From: Bacteroidales bacterium
GTDB taxonomy: Bacteria; Bacteroidota; Bacteroidia; Bacteroidales; VadinHA17
DNA length: 64,000 nucleotides
Direction: 5' to 3'
Assembly (NCBI GenBank): GCA_021371855.1
Contig: JAJFVL010000061.1
Span: forward strand, 23,413-87,412
The position numbers and the translations under genes are program-made. Every line of letters begins with the position of its first letter. Position 1 is the stretch's first letter. The notes beneath the pieces are model-generated. The model worked only from the letters and a program-made list of their open reading frames with translations, was not told the origin of the DNA and did no database searches. Of the stretch, positions 55,001-58,823 are shown piece after piece.

Positions 55001-56501
55001 CAACAGTATAAACGCCAAATGTCTTATTATCCCATGTCAGTGATGATCCGGTGCCGGCGACAGGGGCATCTTCATCGATCCCATCATGCTTCAGCTGATA
55101 GTTAACGCCTGTTTCCGAACCACTCAGAGTTATGGTAACTCCAGGTCCGCTGCAATATGCATTAGATGAAGCACCTACATTGTAAGATGCAGGTAAAGGG
55201 TCAATTGTAATTACGGGAGAACCGCTCATGGTTTCTGTACACGTGAAAGCTGCAATTGAAGCGACAACTGAATATGTCCCAGCGGTTTTGTTATTCCATG
55301 TTAAAGATGAACCGGTGCCTGATACAGGATCCCCGTCATCAGAACCGTCAACCTTTAGCTGGTAATTAACACCTGTTTCTGAACCACTCAGGGTAATATC
55401 CACACCCGTGCTGCCGGAACAGTAAGAATTGGATGAAGCTGCTACATTGAAAATGGCAGGTTTACTGACCGTTGTCTGAATAGTTTTCTGATTTGAACAG
55501 GAGGTTGATGGATCAGTATAGGAATAAATGATATTGTGAGTTCCGACTCCGGCAGATGAAGGAGTAAATGTATTACCACTGATACCAGGGCCGCTGAATA
55601 CTCCACCTGTGGGACTTCCTGTAAGTGTCACAGGAGCATCATCGAGACAATAGTCAGAATTAAGTCCGCTGAAGTCAACGATTGGCAAAGGATAAATATC
55701 TACATATAGCTTACTGGAATCTGAAAGTCCGCAAGCAGGTACCTCCTCAACGCTTACTATTCCAGTAACACCGCCAGGAAGATCCCATGTAACATCCAGA
55801 TTATTTGTACCTCCGGTTACTCTTGTTGGTGTACCATAATGGACAATCCAGTTATAAGTTGAACCAGGGTGATCATCTACGGAATAATTAATTGTTGTGC
55901 CGGCACATACTTCAGAAGCAGAGGGAAGTATAGGAGAAGTTACCGCAGGAGGACAAGAAACACATGAAATGTTTGCAGCCCAGCCTGGCCTGTTAAACAA
56001 AGGATTAGATTTGAAATTAAAAGTTAAACAGGTACCGGAAGATGTAATTGAGAAGTCAGCAATAATCCCTCCCGTGTAAGAGCCAACAAGAGCAGAAGAT
56101 GTGTTTGGTCCGTCATATACAGATAATACATCTCCTGATCTTATGTCAACATTGGTAAAATTGAACCTTAAGTTTTCACCACTTAGAGAACAGAACGTAA
56201 CGGTATAATCCTTATTGTTTTCATACTCTCCAGTTGGACCGCCGCTGTCATAAAAGACTCCGCTGCATGTACTGACTGTCTGCCCGTTATAGTCCTTAAT
56301 ATTGTAATCTTGCGAAAAAAGATTTAACCCCAAAAATAAAAAGAATATAGAAATATTCAATTTTCTATATGATGCAGAAGTCCTTTCAATTTTAAAATAT
56401 CTACCAGGTATTGCATCTTTTAAAAAAAGCAAAAAATAGTCAAGAAAAATAAATATTGCTTTAGATACCAGGTTTCTAGGTTTCATATCTTTCAGGTTCA
56501 A
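46050..56501 (-). CDS. Giant (3483 aa) cell-surface adhesin with T9SS type-B ('gliding motility-associated') C-terminal domain; SprB-like
   Basis: The C-terminal 88 aa (46053-46316) 'EIITPNNDGFNDTWKIKNIGLFPNAEVLVFNRWGKLVFKT...WDGTFKGKLLPTDSYHYVL' match the type-B CTD. Four SprB repeats (about 46320-47265) follow the pattern 'C.G...G..T..GSGG..PYEYSL'. There are multiple HYR-like modules ('CPANIVISSDPSLCSAAVSWSEPTAIDNCGG...TCSFTITV') and many Ig-like repeats. The N-terminus has a CUB-like module ('TCSGVFYDSGGPTGEYENNKDYTVTF...GDVLSVYDGPN'). An alternative TTG start at 56361 gives a canonical signal peptide MNISIFFLFLGLNLFSQ. Confidence 0.9.
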   Translation of the reverse strand: MNLKDMKPRNLVSKAIFIFLDYFLLFLKDAIPGRYFKIERTSASYRKLNISIFFLFLGLNLFSQDYNIKDYNGQTVSTCSGVFYDSGGPTGEYENNKDYTVTFCSLSGENLRFNFTNVDIRSGDVLSVYDGPNTSSALVGSYTGGIIADFSITSSGTCLTFNFKSNPLFNRPGWAANISCVSCPPAVTSPILPSASEVCAGTTINYSVDDHPGSTYNWIVHYGTPTRVTGGTNNLDVTWDLPGGVTGIVSVEEVPACGLSDSSKLYVDIYPLPIVDFSGLNSDYCLDDAPVTLTGSPTGGVFSGPGISGNTFTPSSAGVGTHNIIYSYTDPSTSCSNQKTIQTTVSKPAIFNVAASSNSYCSGSTGVDITLSGSETGVNYQLKVDGSDDGDPVSGTGSSLTWNNKTAGTYSVVASIAAFTCTETMSGSPVITIDPLPASYNVGASSNAYCSGPGVTITLSGSETGVNYQLKHDGIDEDAPVAGTGSSLTWDNKTFGVYTVVATNTTTSCTNNMAGSQAIILGTSPTPSISGNNSVCPNAAGVIYSTPLVPGNTYNWTVTGGTLIGSGNSIQVNWGAAGPGTVAVTETVTLTGCSYTTPDYIVQIGDAIAPVISDCPANIVISSDPSLCSAAVSWSEPTAIDNCGGAMTYTTRSNAPGSNFNQGVTTVSYTFTDISGNTSTCSFTITVNESEPPVALCKNISVILDAFGAATITAAQVDNGSTDNCGIASASVAPNTFNSSNIGPNNVTLTITDNSGNISTCIAVVTVIDNNPPVAICKNITVSLNSAGTVSINGADIDNGSNDPDGIASLSVSPDNFSCIDIGPNNVILTVTDNAGKSSTCTSVVTVADNTLPVITCPGNWNTFTDPGVCGAVVNYATPVGIDNCSGSTTSQTTGFASGSVFPVGTTTNTFLVTDGSGNTATCSFTVTVTDNEGPVITLPTPPVINSGAGCQAAIPPIAATFSDNCTPLGSIVVTQTPAAGTMVGLGITTVTLTATDIAGNSSSSDIDVTVLDAAKPVITTPANKTQNLDNNCQALVPDFLASLTVSDNCTVPGAMTKTQTPAAGSIITGAASTNILIEATDESGNKESVTVLFITQDVTPPVVLCKDVNLYLDGSGTGILNASAVNNGSTDNCTSVLNFSLNRTAFSCSDIGTPVSVTLTGTDASSNSSTCTSLVTVLDTVKPVVNVKTFNLVLGPTGTGALLPSDVDNGSFDNCGSVTLSVSPSTFNCGDMGTRTVILTALDSHGNSRSKSVQITVSSTLKIDAMSLSSCDLASPFASYKASVSGGSGSYTYLWGVIEAGAYPFVYFNGIFPFIHFSNTSTSATPFFNNLMPDGVYNIRLTVTDGNGCTATSQFVLNKSGFAFNNVTKVNSNACDGDTKIYNVTVSSGATYSWNVTNGTFLSPTNTNTVTVRWDVGATSGLVVGTVTKTDLMGNTCGSSVENTVTINALPTPVFSVEPLSVCSGSVSTYSLSSTYSSHSWSVTGGNITGGGASTDNYVTVTWGSGPTGNVSVTVTNGSGCTGATSTAVTINSLPVPTLSSSEADNTFCAGTSVTFTAIGGNNYNFRVNGSSVQNGASATYTTSSFTNGQVVDVIVTNINGCSATSAGITNTVIAYPTATLVSSDADNTFCLGTTVVFTASGGTNFDFRIDGISVQNSGAPIYTTSTLTNGQVVDVIVSNASGCSTTSAGIANTVVALPVPGLVSSDADNSFCAGTSVTFTASGGTTYNFRINGVSIQSGLSPSFTTTALTNGQVVDVVVTNASSCSAQSAGITNTVFALPSATISSSDADNVICDGSSVTFTAGGGTNYEFRVNGTIVQNSSSATYTTTSLTNGQIVDVIITNASGCTSTSAGIKTTVTPLPTAIISYVGSSWCTTAGVQNVTLTGTGAYTGGTYSATPAGLTIDIATGAITPGTSTAGNYTVTYTTIPVGGCGSITASANVTVSPDNTIILSSGAGTNNQTLCINSAMTVITFATTGATGATVTGLPAGVTGSWTGNLVTIGGTPTASGSFPYTVTLTGGCGTVTSTGTIIVSPKNAITLTSAGGTDSQTKCINTAITDIKYATTGATGATFNGLPLGVSGVWASNVVTISGTPTVSGTYNYTITLTGGCGIVAVNGVITVTPVNTILLTSAVGTNAQTKCINTPLTTITYSTTGAISATVTGLPSGVTGNWLSNSITISGTPTVSGIFNYLVTLNGGCGTVTTNGTITVNPDAAISLNSASGTDAQTKCINTAITNITYSVTGGGTGAGVTGLPAGVTGTYNAGVFTINGTPSASGTFNYTVTSTGTCALAIVTGKITVTPDNTIALSSGAGTNNQTLCINTAMPSITFTTTGATGATVTGLPSGVTGSWAGNVVTISGTPTASGSFPYTATLTGGCGTVTSTGIITVMPDNTIALSSGAGTNNQTFCINTAMTSITFTTTGATGATVTGLPSGVSGSWAGNVVTISGTPTTSGSFPYTVTLTGGCGTVTSSGIITVTSDNTITLSSGAGTNNQTLCINTAMTDITFASTGATGATITGLPAGVIGSWAGNVVTITGTPTVSGSFPYTVTLTGGCGNVTSTGTITVAVASVGGTVTGGTSICAGSTSAIMTLTGYTGTVTKWQSSPDGTTWTDIINTADTYISGVLVSTTQFRAVVQNGACLEATSSSTTVTVDDFIAPVPDLATLPDITAECSITALVQPTATDNCTGTVTVTSDAALPITKQGTTIVTWTYDDGNGNIATQTQNVVITDITDPVPDLTTLPDVTADCSVTALMQPTATDNCAGMVTVTSDAVLPITTQGTTVVKWTYDDGNGNTTIQTQNVIISDNSSPVVAGSLTEATIEGCTLSVAPAAVTSVAELEALPGGITITDACTNDVALMVTSSDVSTGTCPLVITRTYTVTDAHGNSVNVSQTINIADTTAPVINGCPVDITVNNNPGSCGALVTWTLPTVTDNCGLLSVVSSHNSGEFFTTGTTPVSYTATDNCGKITTCSFNVVVIDNESPAITCPANISQIEDAGFSYTTIKVPDATITDNCVVNTLTWVMTGATTAVSPATGVNQVGTYVFNTGVTTVSYIVYDAAGNSAICNFTVTVTPPLALTGSITSQTNVSCFGTATGSFTIEGSGGYAPYEYSLDATTYQSSGIFGLLAAGDYTITIRDATLKTSDVSVTITQPLSVVGGEVVSQTNILCYGSNTGKVTVNGSGGTPPYSYKLGSGSYQVSGTFESLVAGTYLITVQDANLCPFDMTVTISQPTAALTGRVVAKNNASCSGSANGSVSVLGDGGTYPYEYSLNGGAYQTSGVFGNLGAGTHIITVRDANNCVINVSEVITEPPVLSIAHTVEDASCPGEADGSITLTITGGTNPYNVIWSDGIVTPNRKNIPDGAYSVIVTDKNGCAASLNIVVGFVGSENCLEVSEIITPNNDGFNDTWKIKNIGLFPNAEVLVFNRWGKLVFKTKNISANEWDGTFKGKLLPTDSYHYVLHLNNGSEPRSGVISIIR
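48790..50670. repeat. Seven tandem ~276-bp (about 92-aa) coding repeats inside the 3483-aa gene
   Basis: Protein units follow '(S/T)PDNTI.LSSGAGTNNQTLCINTAM..ITF.TTGATGATVTGLP.GV.GSW.GN.VTI.GTPT.SGSFPYT.TLTGGCG.VTS.G.I.V'. Units 1, 5, 6 and 7 are near-identical and units 2-4 are diverged. The periodicity is mirrored in the antisense ORFs 48733..49653 and 50275..50724. Boundaries are approximate. Confidence 0.8.
50925..51905. repeat. Four tandem ~243-bp (81-aa) coding repeats inside the 3483-aa gene
   Basis: Units follow 'LP.P.L.SSDADN.FC.GTSVTFTA.GG.NY.FR.NG.S.QN......YTT..LTNGQVVDV.VTN..GCS.TSAGI.NTV'. Boundaries are approximate. Confidence 0.75.
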
Positions 56502-56513
56502 TTATTTTAGGGC

Positions 56514-56542
56514 AAATATAATCCTCAATGTGTCAAACAAAT
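56514..56542 (-). promoter_or_regulatory. Candidate Bacteroidota-type promoter for the giant adhesin gene
   Basis: Minus-strand TATATTTG (56521 to 56514) fits TAnnTTTG. TTTG (56542 to 56539) lies 17 nt upstream, slightly short of the usual 19-21 spacing. The box is only 13 nt upstream of ATG 56501. Confidence 0.3.
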
Positions 56543-56893
56543 ATAAAGCAGAAAACTAAATTTGTCAGATATCGGCTAACTCTAAACTTCTTATGATAGC
56601 GAATGTAATCATTTTTTGTTCACCTGCAATACATATAACATATACAATTTTAAGTTCATTTTCAACATATTAATATGACATTTTATAACCATCATTGGTT
56701 GCTTTATGATCTTTACATTAAGACTATAAGAAATCGCCGTAAGTTGCATATACCTTTTGCAAAACAAGGCTATAAAATATTCTTTTTTGACTAAACATCA
56801 TTTTTATACTTTGACCAGTGAGTTATCTGTGACAAAATGCAGTACTAATCACTTTCGATTTAATCTTAATCAGGTAAAAAGTTAAATTATTTC

Positions 56894-57029
56894 TTCTTTG
56901 ACAGGTTAATGAAGTTATTATTTTTCAGCTTTTTTTACCCCGATCCTAAAGGGTGAAAAGCTGAAATATCAACATGTTCTCTTTGGGATTAAGGGTAAAA
57001 ACATGTTGATTTTTCAATCTGTCAAAGAA
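56894..57029. repeat. Nested inverted-repeat element (outer 11-bp stem enclosing two long hairpins)
   Basis: Outer stem: ttctttgacag (56894-56904) / ctgtcaaagaa (57019-57029). Hairpin A: tttcagctttt (56923-56933) / aaaagctgaaa (56956-56966), with an inner extension taccc/gggtg. Hairpin B: atcaacatgtt (56968-56978) / aacatgttgat (57000-57010). All three 11-bp pairings are perfect. Confidence 0.7.
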
Positions 57030-57073
57030 TTATCCCTGTAAAAACATCTTAAATATTTATTTTACCATAATTC

Positions 57074-57104
57074 TTTGCAAAAAAGAAAATGTAATCTATA
57101 TTTG
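57074..57104 (+). promoter_or_regulatory. Bacteroidota-type promoter of tRNA-Val (TTTG-N19-TAnnTTTG)
   Basis: TTTG at 57074-57077 and TATATTTG at 57097-57104, spaced 19 nt apart. The tRNA starts 14 nt after the -7 box. Confidence 0.6.
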
Positions 57105-57117
57105 CACTCTCTTTTTA

Positions 57118-57192
57118 GGGCGATTAGCTCAGCTGGTTCAGAGCATCTGCCTTACAAGCAGAGGGTCGGGGGTTCGAATCCCTCATCGCCCA
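57118..57192 (+). tRNA. tRNA-Val (anticodon TAC)
   Basis: GGGCGATTAGCTCAGCTGGTTCAGAGCATCTGCCTTACAAGCAGAGGGTCGGGGGTTCGAATCCCTCATCGCCCA. Acceptor GGGCGAT/ATCGCCC, anticodon stem TCTGC/GCAGA with loop CTTACAA, T-loop TTCGAAT. CCA is not encoded. Confidence 0.9.
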
Positions 57193-57200
57193 CAACCTAA

Positions 57201-57238
57201 AGAGGCCGTCTCATAACATAATTGAGACGGCTTTTTTA
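57201..57238 (+). terminator. Rho-independent terminator after tRNA-Val
   Basis: gccgtctca (57205-57213) / tgagacggc (57223-57231) followed by tttttt. Confidence 0.8.
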
Positions 57239-57371
57239 TTTGAGTTTTTCTATAGTTTTTTTAAAACAGCTGATTTCGGATCAAGTCAAAAAGGCGGTTG
57301 ACAGGCAGAATTTTCATGCAAAAAGTTTTTCGAGTCTGTATATGAAAAATGAAATATCCCTTACTCCTCGG

Positions 57372-57519
57372 AGATTCCTCACTCCACTGCGTTTCGTTCG
57401 GAATGACAATACACTTTACATTATAGTGATGGGTCAGTGTGGGCGGCATGGCCGCCCACACTGACCCATCACGCTATCCTGCTATCAGCAGCTGTCATTC
57501 CAACCGACGGGAGGAATCT
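57372..57519. repeat. About 148-bp imperfect palindromic element with a perfect 22-bp-arm GC-rich core hairpin
   Basis: Core: gtgatgggtcagtgtgggcggc (57426-57447), loop atg, gccgcccacactgacccatcac (57451-57472). It is flanked by inverted conserved blocks: agattcctc (57372-57380) and ggaatgaca (57400-57408) on the left, tgtcattcc (57493-57501) and gaggaatct (57511-57519) on the right. Confidence 0.75.
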
Positions 57520-57710
57520 TTAAGGTAAAAGTAGCTGATGATACTCAACATAAATTATAGACTATAAGTGAGCCTGCAAAGAATAATATCAATGCAAAAA
57601 AATACTATGTGACGAGCGCACCACTTTCTCTACTACTCAACCACTCTCTTTTGCCTAGTATGCCAGCAAAGCAACTCTGTCTTGTTGTAGCAATTTATCT
57701 CTCTACGGGT

Positions 57711-57742
57711 ACTTTTCCCGGGTTAATAAACCCAGGAAAAGT
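57711..57742 (-). terminator. Possible terminator hairpin downstream of the second PorP/SprF gene
   Basis: acttttcccggg (57711-57722) / cccaggaaaagt (57731-57742): a 12-bp stem with one C-A mismatch and an 8-nt loop. No clear U-tract. Confidence 0.3.
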
Positions 57743-57816
57743 TCCAACTCTATTTTAATTGGTTAAATATTTTAATGTCCCCAAACTATTTAGTTATTTC
57801 CATCTTTATCTCAATC

Positions 57817-58728
57817 TTATTTTTCATTTCTGACTATTTTCATAATATCAAAAAGTCTCAATCCCAGTGATATCTGGTGACTGCCAAATGTGTTTAATGC
57901 AACATTAGAGCTCAGGTTATAAGAATAATTCAAAAGAACTCCTTTGTAAATCTCTCCCCCGAAGCCAAGCCCGTATATACCGCCGGTTCTAAAGACTAAT
58001 GTTCCCCAGAAACGATTTTCCCATATTACTGCAGGAGCTATCTCCAGCTGTGACGGGACATGCTCTCCACCCCTGAAAATAAGTGTCGGTATAACCGACC
58101 ATTGTTTATTTATATCATAGGTATACGAGGCATGAATAAGATAGTTTTTGAATGGTCTGTATGAAAGATCTGTATCGCGATACTTTGCTGTTCCAAACAT
58201 TATATTTGAGAATAAAACTCCTGCTTCCACCTGTTTGTACCTGTAAAGTACACTTACATCAGTGGCAAATTTGATCTTCGATTTCTCTTTGCCATATCTC
58301 AAAACGGCATCATCCACATAATCAGGATCGTTGTAATATTTTGAAAGGTCGATAGAATTCCGGAAAAATCCAGCAGAAAGCCCAAAATTCAATAAATGGT
58401 CCGTACCCGGTTTTACTTCATAAGTATATGTTCCAAGGATAAGAGTCTGTTTAAAGATATCTGTTTTATCGTATACAAACCGTCCTCCGACACCGACTTT
58501 TTCCTTATACCTGTCGCTGTAACTCATCTGGATTGTCGATGGACCACCTTCAATTCCAGTCCAATCGGACCTGTAATCCAAAAACAAAGTTTTGCTGTTG
58601 TATATTCCTGCATATGCAGGCGATAAACTGAAACGATTTACATTGTATCCTTCCATGAAAGGAAATTGCTGTGCATTTATTGTTCCTGTTATCATCAGTA
58701 ACAATGCAAAATATATTGACTTCTTCAT
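57817..58728 (-). CDS. PorP/SprF-family type IX secretion system outer-membrane protein (second copy)
   Basis: 'MKKSIYFALLLMITGTINAQQFPFMEGYNVNRFSLSPAYAGIYNSKTLFLDYRSDWTGIEGGPSTIQMSYS' is the family signature. The track ORF extends to 58776, but the signal peptide begins at the Met encoded at 58728. Confidence 0.85.
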   Translation of the reverse strand: MKKSIYFALLLMITGTINAQQFPFMEGYNVNRFSLSPAYAGIYNSKTLFLDYRSDWTGIEGGPSTIQMSYSDRYKEKVGVGGRFVYDKTDIFKQTLILGTYTYEVKPGTDHLLNFGLSAGFFRNSIDLSKYYNDPDYVDDAVLRYGKEKSKIKFATDVSVLYRYKQVEAGVLFSNIMFGTAKYRDTDLSYRPFKNYLIHASYTYDINKQWSVIPTLIFRGGEHVPSQLEIAPAVIWENRFWGTLVFRTGGIYGLGFGGEIYKGVLLNYSYNLSSNVALNTFGSHQISLGLRLFDIMKIVRNEK

Positions 58729-58823
58729 TTCTTTGTAATTTTTTTTCACTTTATTCTCTTTTCTTAATGAATTCATCAGATTTTATTCCTCCACACTAAT
58801 TCACAGGAGGGAGAAAAAATCAT

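Noticed and set aside
46186-56079. Many + strand ORFs (for example 47944..48708, 48733..49653, 50275..50724, 52093..52623, 53977..54498) with repetitive 'VTVPQPPV...' translations
   Set aside because: They are antisense shadows of the 3483-aa minus-strand gene. Their periodicity simply mirrors its coding repeats, and the minus-strand frame is uninterrupted and has recognisable domains.
56894-57029. Invertible promoter (inverton) controlling the giant adhesin
   Set aside because: Not adopted as the primary call. The 114 bp between the 11-bp IRs contains no TAnnTTTG box on either strand, and no site-specific recombinase gene is in the window. It is kept only as an alternative to test with read orientation.
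57222-57464. 80-aa (+) and 66-aa (-) ORFs downstream of tRNA-Val
   Set aside because: Both run through the palindromic element and terminate at or near its centre. They are mirror-image translations of an inverted repeat, not genes.
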